From IMG/VR virus record IMGVR_UViG_3300012953_000096, positions 1 to 34,534 of that record: DNA of 34,534 bases; one strand, written 5' to 3'. The position numbers and the translations under genes are program-made. This DNA is from a virus. Lineage: Duplodnaviria > Caudoviricetes. Below the pieces are notes generated by a model, which saw only the letters and a list, made by a program, of their open reading frames with translations, had not been told where the DNA came from and did not search any database. Below are positions 18,865 through 28,091 of this stretch, piece after piece (within the stretch, counting starts at the first letter, position 1; each line of letters opens with the position of its first letter).

Positions 18865-20607
18865 ATGAAAACAAGATATTCAAATAGTCTTTCAGAGGCA
18901 TATCATCAGATTCGTGAGTCAGCTGGACTTGCAGACAAGTCAAAGAAATCTGGTATCTCTGTAGGTATTCTGAAAAAGGTATATGATCGTGGACTTGCTG
19001 CATATAAGACAGGACATAGACCAGGCACTACCGCACCACAATGGGCGATGGCGAGGGTAAACTCGTTTATTACTAAAGGAAGTGGTACTTGGGGTGGAGC
19101 AGATAAGGACTTAGCAAAACAAGCGGGTGGAAAGAAAGAGGAAATGGAAGAAGATTTCTTTGATCCCATTACCGAAGCATGTTGGGCTGGATACAAACAA
19201 GTTGGTATGAAAGATAAAGGTGGTAAACAAGTTCCTAATTGTGTACCAGAATCCGTTTCAGAATGGGTACAGGTTGATCTTGATGAATACTATGAAATAG
19301 GTACAGATGAATACAAAGAATATCTCAAGAACTTAACTCCAGGCGAAACAAATAATGAACAACTTGCTAAGATTAAAGGTAATACTCCAGCAGCTGATGG
19401 ACGCCGTGCTGCAACTCAAGACGATATTGATAGAGCAGAGAAAAAGGGCGATAAAAAATTAGTCAAGAAACTTAAAGAAGAAAAGAAAAATTGCGGTTGT
19501 AATCAAGACCCATGTATAACATATGGTAGTCAAGAAGAAGGTGCAGCTGCAGATGCCCGTAGAGCAATCTCAAAAGATAAAGACCTACGTAGAGGAAAAG
19601 ATAGTGCAGACGATGATAATGATGCAACAGATGATGATGTAAAGGCAGCATCTAAAAATATAATGATGCAGTTAAGAAAGGCAGTATCCCTTAAAGGACG
19701 TTTTGCTGTTGAGTTTGGTGACGGTAAGAAGATTAAAATTCCTGCTAAGATTGCACAAGAAGTGCAAAGGAAGTTTAGTTCTATTCGTAGATCACAAGAC
19801 AAACAAAAGTTTCAAGCAAAAATTGCAAAGTCACATAAGAGTATGTTAGCGGCATTGAGAGAAAGTTACGATACTTCTCCTAGAAATTTAGTTAACCTTG
19901 ATGAGAGTGTTATCGACAAGGTAAAAGAGATTGATAAAAGGAAAGCTGCTAAAAAGATTGATGGTGTTATGGTTGATTCCTTTACTGCATCTGCGATTTC
20001 GCAAGTCTATGACAAGGTAAATGATAAAAACAAAAAGAGGATGGAGAAGTTGCCCATCAAGAAACTTGCTGATCTTGCCATGCAATTCATCAAACATGGC
20101 GAGGAGTTCGTTCCAGAAGAAGTTAAACTTGAAGAAGGTCGTATGAAAGAACTTCATGGTTATATCGAACAGGGTAAGTCTGCTGAGTGGATTGCAAAGA
20201 AGATGAAAGTGGATGTTAAGACAATTAAACAACTTATGAACTCTTATATTCCAGAACATGCAAATGCAAAACCACATCATCACCCACATCGTGAAGACGA
20301 TGAACTTGAAGAAAAGAAAAAGAAACCTGTTGTTTTTAAAGGAACACCAAAACAAATAAAACAACAGATGAAAAATCTAAAGAAAAAGGATAAGATTAAG
20401 ATAGGTGAAGGTGATGCAGAAGATCGTGTAAGAGATAAACAAAAAGATCAGTCTATGAGAGATCGTGATGCTAAAGAAAAAGAGATTGAACGTGCAAAAG
20501 TTCAAGATTTTCGATCTGCACAAAGAGATAAAAAGTCAGAAAGAGAACGTAAACAACGAAATGAAGTCCTAGACAGGGTTGCTTCAAAACTCAAAGGAGA
20601 GAACTAA
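18865..20607 (+). CDS. Modular Lys/Glu-rich polyprotein (putative internal head protein precursor)
   Basis: Modules LKKVYDRGLAAY...QWAMARVNSF; CWAGYKQVG...VPNCVP; CGCNQDPC; VDSFTASAI; HTH-like GKSAEWIAKKM, separated by Glu-rich linkers. Confidence 0.75.
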   Translation: MKTRYSNSLSEAYHQIRESAGLADKSKKSGISVGILKKVYDRGLAAYKTGHRPGTTAPQWAMARVNSFITKGSGTWGGADKDLAKQAGGKKEEMEEDFFDPITEACWAGYKQVGMKDKGGKQVPNCVPESVSEWVQVDLDEYYEIGTDEYKEYLKNLTPGETNNEQLAKIKGNTPAADGRRAATQDDIDRAEKKGDKKLVKKLKEEKKNCGCNQDPCITYGSQEEGAAADARRAISKDKDLRRGKDSADDDNDATDDDVKAASKNIMMQLRKAVSLKGRFAVEFGDGKKIKIPAKIAQEVQRKFSSIRRSQDKQKFQAKIAKSHKSMLAALRESYDTSPRNLVNLDESVIDKVKEIDKRKAAKKIDGVMVDSFTASAISQVYDKVNDKNKKRMEKLPIKKLADLAMQFIKHGEEFVPEEVKLEEGRMKELHGYIEQGKSAEWIAKKMKVDVKTIKQLMNSYIPEHANAKPHHHPHREDDELEEKKKKPVVFKGTPKQIKQQMKNLKKKDKIKIGEGDAEDRVRDKQKDQSMRDRDAKEKEIERAKVQDFRSAQRDKKSERERKQRNEVLDRVASKLKGEN

Positions 20608-21305
20608 TGGGTAAAAAATATATGGATACTAAAGTCGGCACCCTAGAAGAATCCGTTCTAGGTGTTTGGAAAGACGCATACATTCCTCAAACTGAAAAGG
20701 TAGTTGAAGAAGGTATTGAGGATTCACCAAATCCTGCTAACCGTCAACATATGTGTGCAAAGAATGTTGTACATGAAGAGTGGGGATTTGGTAAAACTGT
20801 TCCTACTATGCATGCTGAACCAGATGCAGAAGGTAATGTTGCTTGGTACGATGTAATGTTTGAACATGGTGTTGAGGAAAAGGTTTCTGTAGATGTTCTA
20901 GAGATCAAAGAAGCAAAAATGCATGCTCACTATGATCCTAAGAAAAAAGGACATGATAAAAAGATGAAAGCATCGTATGCTATGGAAGACAATTCTAACG
21001 ATGATTCTGATGATGGTGAAGGTATGGACAAGGTTCAACCTAAAGCACTGAAGAAGAAATTCAAAGATCGTAAAGATAAAGACATTGACAACGATGGTGA
21101 TGTAGACAGTTCTGATGAATATATTGATAAGAAGCGTAAAGCAATCAGTAAATCCATGAAAGAAAAGTGGACTGAAGCCCTCTTAAAAGTTAAAGAGAAC
21201 GAAGAAGACCCTTCTGATGAAGATGAAGATGAGAAGAAGTCTAAAGGTAAGAAGGCAAAAGTCGAAATCAATCCTGAGATTGAAACTGAAAACAAAAAGA
21301 AATAA
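20607..21305 (+). CDS. Hypothetical modular protein with a His-rich domain and a Dx[DN]xDG loop
   Basis: HMCAKNVVHEEWG...WYDVMFEHG; DKDIDNDGDVDSSD. SD AGGAG. Confidence 0.7.
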   Translation: MGKKYMDTKVGTLEESVLGVWKDAYIPQTEKVVEEGIEDSPNPANRQHMCAKNVVHEEWGFGKTVPTMHAEPDAEGNVAWYDVMFEHGVEEKVSVDVLEIKEAKMHAHYDPKKKGHDKKMKASYAMEDNSNDDSDDGEGMDKVQPKALKKKFKDRKDKDIDNDGDVDSSDEYIDKKRKAISKSMKEKWTEALLKVKENEEDPSDEDEDEKKSKGKKAKVEINPEIETENKKK

Positions 21306-21307
21306 TT

Positions 21308-21823
21308 ATGAAAAGTCTACTAGAACTTGTGGAGGCATCTAACGATGATCTCCCAGAAATATATTGTGATCTGGATGAAGTTTTAGTAGACTTCTTAAAG
21401 GGTGCAGGCAAAGCAGTCGGCGGTAGTTTTGCTACAGCTGAAAAAGAGGAAAGATGGAAGGCAATCAATCAAACTAAAGGTTTCTGGGCAAATCTTGATT
21501 GGAAACCAGGCGGTAAGAGATTGTATTCTTTCATATCTAGATATGATCCTCATGTTTTATCTGCATATAGTGGTCGTGATCCAACATCAAAGAATGGTAA
21601 AATGAAGTGGTTAGGAAAAAACACAAAATTTAGTCGTTCTAAGATACATTTGGTAATGAGATCGCAGAAAAAAGATTATGCAAAAACAGATGGGAAACCA
21701 AATGTACTGATTGATGATTATATTAAAAACATAAAAGAGTGGGAAAACGCTGGCGGAATCGGTGTCCATCACACAAATATAAACAAAACCCTTGGGCAAT
21801 TAAAGAAATTAGGGTTTAAATAG
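21308..21823 (+). CDS. HAD-family 5'(3')-nucleotidase-like protein
   Basis: IYCDLDEVLVDF (DxD), VLSA, K, LIDD, WENAGGIGVHH. Confidence 0.8.
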   Translation: MKSLLELVEASNDDLPEIYCDLDEVLVDFLKGAGKAVGGSFATAEKEERWKAINQTKGFWANLDWKPGGKRLYSFISRYDPHVLSAYSGRDPTSKNGKMKWLGKNTKFSRSKIHLVMRSQKKDYAKTDGKPNVLIDDYIKNIKEWENAGGIGVHHTNINKTLGQLKKLGFK

Positions 21824-21824
21824 T

Positions 21825-21832
21825 TATAAATA
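21825..21832 (+). promoter_or_regulatory. T4-type late promoter
   Basis: Exact intergenic TATAAATA upstream of SD AGGAG and a structural gene. Confidence 0.8.
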
Positions 21833-21868
21833 GAGTAATAAAGATACTCTAATAGAAGGAGAAAAACA

Positions 21869-22903
21869 ATGGGTTTATGGGGAGCTTCAGATGCTGCGGA
21901 AGACAAACCGAAGCATTTTACCACTGAACAAAAAGAAGAGATTGTTGCCAATGAACATGGATGGACGGTAAAAGCTGGTTCCACCTTGGCTGGTAATGAC
22001 AATACAGGTGCCGATCCAGAGATTTTGGTATTCATTCGTGGATTGGATAACAAACTTGGTGTTGGTGATATCGTAGGATTTGATTGGAATATATCAGCAT
22101 TTGATAAATCCGATGGTGGAACACTTAGTGTCACTGCTCACTTTAACGAAGCAGTTACAGTTACAGGCACACCACAATTAACGGTTACTAACGATAGTCG
22201 TTCAAACCACACACTTTCATATGCAAGTGGTTCTGGAACCAGTGCATTGACATTTACTCTTGCAATTGGTGCTGCTAACTCTGCTACAAGTGCAGACGAT
22301 GTGTTGTCTATTGCCGCTAACGCAATGGCACTTAATAGTGGTACGATTAAGGATACCTCTGGTGATTCGGTAAGTGCGTGGACTGCTGTAAACGATGCAA
22401 CTACTGGTGGAACGACATTCCCAACCGCAACCATTAATAATGGTAATGCATCATTTAAAACCACAGCCGCAGTTGGTGCTGTTACTGCTGGTATTCTTAC
22501 TGTTGACATTACGACTGCTGGTTCTGGTTACACAGATGAAGAAACTGCAACTATTGACTTAGGTACAGGTACAGACCCAACCTTAGAAATTTCTGGTACA
22601 ACTTGTACTGGTGCAACAATTAAAACTGCTGGTGCTTTGACTGCAATCACTGGTGTTACTGGACTTACCATTACTGGTGGTAGTTCTGGTGCATCTAATG
22701 GACGTTGTTCAGTCACAATGAAGGTAGTTAGTTGTGCAGTTAGTGCTGCTGGTGCTGAATATACTAGTCCTCCAACTGTTGATGTTGCTGCAACTGGTTT
22801 GGTTCAACCAGCAATTGAAGCAACAATGGTAGGACGTTCTGCAACAATTACTAATGCAACTGCAATAGGTACTGCTGCTGGAACGATTACGGTTACTGCA
22901 TAA
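21869..22903 (+). CDS. Virion structural protein (Thr/Ala/Gly-rich, beta-rich/Ig-like)
   Basis: MGLWGASD...; FNEAVTVTGTPQL, YASGSGTSALTF, GSGYT and GAEYTSPPTV repeats; late promoter upstream. Confidence 0.7.
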   Translation: MGLWGASDAAEDKPKHFTTEQKEEIVANEHGWTVKAGSTLAGNDNTGADPEILVFIRGLDNKLGVGDIVGFDWNISAFDKSDGGTLSVTAHFNEAVTVTGTPQLTVTNDSRSNHTLSYASGSGTSALTFTLAIGAANSATSADDVLSIAANAMALNSGTIKDTSGDSVSAWTAVNDATTGGTTFPTATINNGNASFKTTAAVGAVTAGILTVDITTAGSGYTDEETATIDLGTGTDPTLEISGTTCTGATIKTAGALTAITGVTGLTITGGSSGASNGRCSVTMKVVSCAVSAAGAEYTSPPTVDVAATGLVQPAIEATMVGRSATITNATAIGTAAGTITVTA

Positions 22904-22910
22904 TAACTGA

Positions 22911-22918
22911 TATAAATA
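22911..22918 (+). promoter_or_regulatory. T4-type late promoter
   Basis: Exact intergenic TATAAATA. Confidence 0.78.
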
Positions 22919-22948
22919 AATGAGATATTAAAAACGTGAGGTGAAAAA

Positions 22949-23188
22949 ATGAGTGGTTTAACTCAAAATGTTATTGAAGAAAAGAAACAAGCTTTGTTGG
23001 TAGATGTGGGTGAAGTACAAAAAGCACTTCAATCACTAAAACAACAAGAGACACAACAGATTGCTCTGTTGAACGCACTACAAGGTGCAATTCAACAGTG
23101 TGACGTTTTTCTACAAGACGAAAGAATTGTAGAGAAACAAGAAGAATTAGATAATGTATCTAGTGATGTAGAGAATAACGAAAGTTAA
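22949..23188 (+). CDS. Small coiled-coil protein
   Basis: Heptad-rich 79 aa (LLNALQGAIQQCD); SD GAGGTG. Confidence 0.7.
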   Translation: MSGLTQNVIEEKKQALLVDVGEVQKALQSLKQQETQQIALLNALQGAIQQCDVFLQDERIVEKQEELDNVSSDVENNES

Positions 23189-23239
23189 TATCTACAGTAG
23201 CATTCCGTCAATGGTGACGGTTAATATAGGAGAAGCCAA

Positions 23240-23722
23240 ATGGCTGATAAGAAAATTACAGCACTTACCGATCTTTCGACAGGTATTGCTGGTGCAGACC
23301 TTCTGCATGTGATTGATGATCCTACTGGAACACCAATCAACAAGAAAGTTTCGGTAACGAACTTTATTAATAACCTTCCTTCTTTTATCGGGTTCTCAAA
23401 CTCGTATGAAGATATTTCTGATGGAACACAGACTGCGATTTCTATTACGCATGCTGTTACGTTGCTTCAGACCGCTGGTTCTAACGCAACTACGCTTGCT
23501 AACGGTACAGTAATCGGACAGATTAAAGTTATCATCAATGATACTGATGGTGGTGCTTCCGAATGTACTCCTGCTTCCGTACTTGGTTACACCAACATCG
23601 ACTTCGAAGATGATGGTGACTCTGTTACACTTATGTGGACAGGAACCGCATGGGCAGTTATTGCTTCCGTAGATATTTCTACTGCTGCATCTGCTGGTAT
23701 TGTTGAGGTTGCAGACGACTAA
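23240..23722 (+). CDS. Virion structural / fibre-like protein
   Basis: MADKKITALTDL N-terminus; TLANGTVIGQIKVI...GDSVTLMWTGTAWAVI; SD AGGAG. Confidence 0.7.
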   Translation: MADKKITALTDLSTGIAGADLLHVIDDPTGTPINKKVSVTNFINNLPSFIGFSNSYEDISDGTQTAISITHAVTLLQTAGSNATTLANGTVIGQIKVIINDTDGGASECTPASVLGYTNIDFEDDGDSVTLMWTGTAWAVIASVDISTAASAGIVEVADD

Positions 23723-23734
23723 TAAGTAGTCTGG

Positions 23735-23770
23735 TAGAGGGGGGTTCGCCCCCCTCACCTCTATTTTTTT
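23735..23770 (+). terminator. Rho-independent terminator
   Basis: GAGGGGGG-TTCG-CCCCCCTC stem with UUCG loop, followed by a T7 run at 23764-23770. Confidence 0.85.
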
Positions 23771-23780
23771 GGAGATTAAG

Positions 23781-23972
23781 ATGGCAAGAGATGATGGTAA
23801 AAGATATGGTGCTGGTGGTAGTGTGTTACAAGAAATTGTAGAACCATCAGAAACAAAACCTCCAGTACGTAGGGGGATTAGAAAAAAGGCACAGATGTTA
23901 GAAGAGAGATTGCATGACAATGTTCCTTCTGATACAGAGCCAATGGAAGAAGAGAGCAATGAAAAAATTTAA
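23781..23972 (+). CDS. Small hypothetical protein
   Basis: SD GGAG then ATG 23781; 63 aa. Confidence 0.6.
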   Translation: MARDDGKRYGAGGSVLQEIVEPSETKPPVRRGIRKKAQMLEERLHDNVPSDTEPMEEESNEKI

Positions 23973-24381
23973 TTCATTTATCACAGAAGTCGTGGGAACA
24001 TCCCACCAAGACTTGGCAGTTGATAAAAATATAAATCCTACTGCATTTGCAAATCCAGAAGTTGTTAAGAAGTTAAATGCGTGGGTAGGACAGATCGCTG
24101 GTAGTTATGTTATGCCAGAAGAGGCTGTACACAAGTTACGTAGTTCTTTAATGAAAGTTGGATTGACCTTTGATGAAGTGCCTGTTATGGAAGGTAAAGG
24201 TTCTATTGACCTACCCCTAACATTATTCGGTGGACGTTTCGGAAAGGGTGTTGAAACCCCCCATAATGAATTTGAACAAGATGACGGAATTTCTCATATG
24301 CGAGAGGGTGGTCTTACTCTAGTCATTGGTCATGACATGAATGAAGATGGTTCAACAAGGTTAACTGCTAGTATTAAATAA
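23959..24381 (+). CDS. Hypothetical protein with a capsid-targeting-like leader
   Basis: MKKFNSFITE leader; LTLFGGRFGK...DDGISH. Confidence 0.7.
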   Translation: MKKFNSFITEVVGTSHQDLAVDKNINPTAFANPEVVKKLNAWVGQIAGSYVMPEEAVHKLRSSLMKVGLTFDEVPVMEGKGSIDLPLTLFGGRFGKGVETPHNEFEQDDGISHMREGGLTLVIGHDMNEDGSTRLTASIK

Positions 24382-24743
24382 TGTATGAAAAGATAACTGC
24401 TGAGAATGTTATGATGTTTGCTATTAAGCACTATGATAATCCTCAGTGTGAAGGAGAAAAAGAATTTCATGATGATATGAAGAGGTTTAAGTATATTAAA
24501 CGTCTACTACGCAAGTACAAAGACAGCAGTATACTTAAAGAAAGACTACTTCTTAATCATATTATCATACTAAACAATTTGTTTGGGCCGGAGGCTTGCG
24601 TGACCTTGTTACTCTTCAAGATTCAACGAGAGTATTGGGGAACACTCAAGTCTTTTTTATTATACCTAAATATGATAAGGGATGATGAATTACAGGAAGT
24701 AGAATCAAGTCAAGAGGTTCTAGACGTACTAAGGAAAATCTAA
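24381..24743 (+). CDS. Conserved T4-like phage hypothetical protein
   Basis: FAIKHYDNPQC...DMKRFKYIKRLL...ERLLLNHIIILNNLFG. Confidence 0.75.
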   Translation: MYEKITAENVMMFAIKHYDNPQCEGEKEFHDDMKRFKYIKRLLRKYKDSSILKERLLLNHIIILNNLFGPEACVTLLLFKIQREYWGTLKSFLLYLNMIRDDELQEVESSQEVLDVLRKI

Positions 24744-25330
24744 TGGGAAGAGCGATTGATTTATTCGTTACATACAGGTTTATTAAACTCTTAGTCACTC
24801 CGTTTAATAGAACGGATGCGTTTAAGAATGGTGTTATTGATGCTGACGGTAATCGTTTAGACAAAGACCTTAATACAATAGACGAAAAGAATTCTTATAC
24901 GGTTTTACACAAACTCGTATTTAATATCAAGAAAATATTTGGAAAAGTGCCTGGACTTAGAACTAAGTTGGGAACTTATGCTGCAGCTCTGTTTCTACTT
25001 AAAGATACATTCAAAGAACATGTCGAAGACCCCGATGTTTTTGAGAAGGAGTTTATGAAGTATCTTAAAGAAGAGGGTTACGAAATTGATGATAGTATAA
25101 GTGAAGAAGTTATTGGTTTCGGAGAGGTTCTACCTAAAGGTAGTTACACACTAGTTAACGACATTCTAAATGCAGAGGAAGAAGAGTTATCAGCAAGAAA
25201 GGGTGACAAGGTATTCGCATATGACGATGAACCACCCATAGATACTATTCTTGGTGTTGACATATTCCCTGTAGTACATTTAAAAACACAAGAAAAAATA
25301 TATGTAGGATTGGAGGATTTGAAACAATGA
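24743..25330 (+). CDS. Conserved T4-like phage hypothetical protein
   Basis: AIDLFVTYRFIKLLVTPF...GVIDADG...HKLVFNIKK...YAAALFLLK. Confidence 0.75.
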   Translation: MGRAIDLFVTYRFIKLLVTPFNRTDAFKNGVIDADGNRLDKDLNTIDEKNSYTVLHKLVFNIKKIFGKVPGLRTKLGTYAAALFLLKDTFKEHVEDPDVFEKEFMKYLKEEGYEIDDSISEEVIGFGEVLPKGSYTLVNDILNAEEEELSARKGDKVFAYDDEPPIDTILGVDIFPVVHLKTQEKIYVGLEDLKQ

Positions 25331-25902
25331 AAACATGGAAAGAAGTATCACCTTACTCTGGACAAGACATTGAGGAAGATGCCCCTGCCAACTCAGTTGC
25401 TGGTGGTGGTGTTTCAATGCCCCCTGATGCGATACAAGATAAAAAGAAAAGAAAACCACTTATAGATGCTAGAACTTCTGCATACAAGGCACATCGTACT
25501 AAACTCAAAGCACAACGTATTAGAAGGCAAGAGAGTAGACGTAAGAGTTCTATTATAGGTGAACAGTTAGAAAAGATTGATAATTTGTTTGAGTACGCTG
25601 GTACTGGTTATGATAAGGTTGCTCCTATGGCAGACCTTAATGCTTCTAAGTCATCTACTGGTTACGAGTTATACCATAAGACTTTTAGTGGTGCTATGCA
25701 ACATGCATATAAGTTTGCAAAGAGTAAAGGTTACATTGTAGATAAGTCTGACATTGATAACAAAGTTGCAACAGGGCCCAAGAAACCTTCTTCTGGTAAA
25801 ACGAATAGTTATACTCTTGGAACAAACAAGAAGCAGAAGGTTCAAATTCAAGTTGCAAATCTAGACAATAAGAGATATGAGTTGAATATGTACATCAGCT
25901 GA
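25327..25902 (+). CDS. Two-module basic protein (putative internal head protein)
   Basis: MKTWKEV...IEE|DAPANSV leader; C-terminal YHKTFSGAMQHAY...RYELNMYIS module. Confidence 0.65.
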   Translation: MKTWKEVSPYSGQDIEEDAPANSVAGGGVSMPPDAIQDKKKRKPLIDARTSAYKAHRTKLKAQRIRRQESRRKSSIIGEQLEKIDNLFEYAGTGYDKVAPMADLNASKSSTGYELYHKTFSGAMQHAYKFAKSKGYIVDKSDIDNKVATGPKKPSSGKTNSYTLGTNKKQKVQIQVANLDNKRYELNMYIS

Positions 25903-26510
25903 TGTCGAAGGTTGAGCAATATTGGGAGTTAGACCCCAACAGAAATAATATGGGAAAGTTTGATCGTCAAAAACATTTTGAGATTGCAACTAAAGCATAT
26001 TGGGAAGACATAGATGATTGTTGGAAGTTTATCATTAACTGCAAAGAACATCTTGAAATACTGAAAGAGTGTAAGGAATTTACTGATTACAAACCTTGGA
26101 TAACGGACGCTGTAAGAGCAAAAAAAACAAAGTGGACTAGGTTTGGTAAAATGGGATTTCATGGAAGGATGGTTGCCTTTCCTGATTACGATACTTTCCC
26201 AACATTTATGAAATGGTTTGATCAACATAAAGACACGTATGGTTGGCAACACCCAGAGATTAGATTATTGAAGTCTGGTTCTATGATTGTACCACATACG
26301 CACGATAAAGATACTCCAAAGTATATCTATAATATGAGTATAAACCATCCAGAGGGGTGTCGATTTGGGGTACAACCAAATGGTCAAGTACCATATACCT
26401 CTGGAGATGTATACAGAATAAATTCTTGGAACGTGCATTGCGTATGGAACAATTCTGATGTTGATAGGTATCATGTAGTGTTAGGTTCTAAAGAGAAAGG
26501 AAGTAGATAA
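25902..26510 (+). CDS. Asp/Asn beta-hydroxylase-like 2OG-Fe(II) oxygenase
   Basis: IVPHTHD...SINHPEGC...HCVWNNSDVDRYHVV. Confidence 0.7.
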   Translation: MSKVEQYWELDPNRNNMGKFDRQKHFEIATKAYWEDIDDCWKFIINCKEHLEILKECKEFTDYKPWITDAVRAKKTKWTRFGKMGFHGRMVAFPDYDTFPTFMKWFDQHKDTYGWQHPEIRLLKSGSMIVPHTHDKDTPKYIYNMSINHPEGCRFGVQPNGQVPYTSGDVYRINSWNVHCVWNNSDVDRYHVVLGSKEKGSR

Positions 26511-26989
26511 TGATTAAAGTTTATATGTTTCTGTTGATTATGGGTATTATTGGTGGTGTTGGTTATGGTGGATATATCTACTATAAAGATACACAACAGC
26601 GTATTCAAACACTTGCAGAAAATAGTGCAAAGTTAGAACAGGCTGCAAAGATACAAGAAGAGACTATCAACACCATGATTGAAGACCGTGAAAAGTTAGA
26701 CGAACTAAATAAAGGATTACAGAAAGAATTACAGACTGCCACAAGGTATGGTGATCAGTTACGTAATACTTTAAGAAAACACAATTTAACACACTTGGCA
26801 AATAAACGTCCAAGTTACATAGAAAAGAAGATGCAAAATGCGACTAATAGGTTATGGGACTGTCTTGCTGATGTCACTAACCCTGATGGGGTGTGGGATG
26901 ATGCCGGAACCAAAAGTGGTAACTGTAACAAAAACAGTGCGAACTCAGGTTCCAGTTCAAGCAAGACCACAACAAGTCCAGTTAAATGA
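26510..26989 (+). CDS. Inner-membrane spanin (Rz-like)
   Basis: N-terminal transmembrane helix followed by a long coiled coil; overlaps a lipoprotein gene. Confidence 0.75.
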   Translation: MIKVYMFLLIMGIIGGVGYGGYIYYKDTQQRIQTLAENSAKLEQAAKIQEETINTMIEDREKLDELNKGLQKELQTATRYGDQLRNTLRKHNLTHLANKRPSYIEKKMQNATNRLWDCLADVTNPDGVWDDAGTKSGNCNKNSANSGSSSSKTTTSPVK

Positions 26990-27212
26990 TGTAAAAATCT
27001 GGGTAGTTTCGAAAGAAAACTACAAAGAATTTGTAAAAGAGTATGCAAAGAAAAACGGTGGTGATTCTTATATTGCTATTTCTGTGAAGGACTATGAGAA
27101 TTTATCATTAAATTTTGCAGAACTTAGACGATACATCGAACAACAGAAACAGATCATTATCTATTACGAGAATGCTGTTACTGTAGATGATAAAGAAGAA
27201 GGGAAAAAATAA
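26838..27212 (+). CDS. Outer-membrane lipoprotein spanin (Rz1-like)
   Basis: Signal peptide MRLIGYGTVLLMSLTLMG|C with lipobox; starts inside the i-spanin gene in another frame. Confidence 0.75.
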   Translation: MRLIGYGTVLLMSLTLMGCGMMPEPKVVTVTKTVRTQVPVQARPQQVQLNDVKIWVVSKENYKEFVKEYAKKNGGDSYIAISVKDYENLSLNFAELRRYIEQQKQIIIYYENAVTVDDKEEGKK

Positions 27213-27709
27213 TGGGAGAATTTAACGGAAAAATTACTGCTGAGTTCACTCCTCCCAAAACATGGGTTTTGGAAAAAGGACTATCTTTTGTTACTGAAGA
27301 CTTGACAGAAGCAGAAATTCATGTATTACAACGTGTAGGTGCCAATGTCGCAGACACAGGAAGAATTAGTGTAAAGAAGGGTACGAGTACAGACCTTGCA
27401 TCAACTCCAAGGATTCTTTGGAACCTGATTGCACCTTGGGATGTTGCTCGTGCAGCCATCATACACGATCACCTATATGCAACACTAAGAACATACTATG
27501 AAAACAACGTAAGACAGAATAAAACAGACGTTGATGAAAAAGTAAAGATATGGAGACATGCTAGGGCGTTGTCTGATAAGGTTTTCCTATTGGGTATGGA
27601 GAGTGCAGACCCTTCAGTACCAACTTGGAAAATTAAATCAGCATACTGGGCAGTAAGATTGTTTGGTGGATGGCCTGCTAGTAAAATAGAAGATAATGAT
27701 GAAGTGTAG
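27212..27709 (+). CDS. DUF1353-like protein
   Basis: TDLASTPRILW...AAIIHDHLY...DKVFLLGM...YWAVRLFG. Confidence 0.75.
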   Translation: MGEFNGKITAEFTPPKTWVLEKGLSFVTEDLTEAEIHVLQRVGANVADTGRISVKKGTSTDLASTPRILWNLIAPWDVARAAIIHDHLYATLRTYYENNVRQNKTDVDEKVKIWRHARALSDKVFLLGMESADPSVPTWKIKSAYWAVRLFGGWPASKIEDNDEV

Positions 27710-27842
27710 AAATTGCGGTCATGATTCTCATTGTGGAAATCCCTTGATGAGAGAAGAAAAGAATGACCAAGGACAACCATATCAAATAGAAGTTTGCAAA
27801 AACTGTAGGTGTAACAACTGCACAACTCCAGATTGGGGTTAG
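27696..27842 (+). CDS. Small Cys/His-rich metal-binding peptide (48 aa, not in ORF track)
   Basis: MMKCRNCGHDSHCG...EVCKNCRCNNC; fills the gap between its neighbours. Confidence 0.65.
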   Translation: MMKCRNCGHDSHCGNPLMREEKNDQGQPYQIEVCKNCRCNNCTTPDWG

Positions 27843-27843
27843 G

Positions 27844-28089
27844 ATGTGGTTCTTTTTAATCAGTAATATCGCTGGAAGTATTCTAGGTAGTGCCGCTGAC
27901 TCTTGGTTCGCAGACACGAAGGCAGGAAAGTGGTTCTACAAGAAGGTTGATGATGTTTCGACATGGGCTTCTAAAAAGTTGGGTTTGAAGGTTTTACAAG
28001 ATGAAGAAAATTGGAAAACGAAATACCCTAATGTCAGTCAGAAGATTGACGAACTTGAAGCCAGAATCAAACAACTGGAAGGAGATTAA
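27844..28089 (+). CDS. Small protein with a hydrophobic N-terminus
   Basis: MWFFLISNIAGSILG...; 81 aa, within the lysis region. Confidence 0.65.
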   Translation: MWFFLISNIAGSILGSAADSWFADTKAGKWFYKKVDDVSTWASKKLGLKVLQDEENWKTKYPNVSQKIDELEARIKQLEGD

Positions 28090-28091
28090 CT

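Noticed and set aside
23396-23959. 187 aa reverse-strand ORF, and all other minus-strand ORFs
   Set aside because: Antisense to well-supported + strand genes and a terminator; no recognisable motifs.
25310-25320. Third TTGGAGGATTT copy as a clamp-binding tail
   Set aside because: It encodes GLEDLKQ without the terminal aromatic pair; it is best explained as the SD of the next gene.
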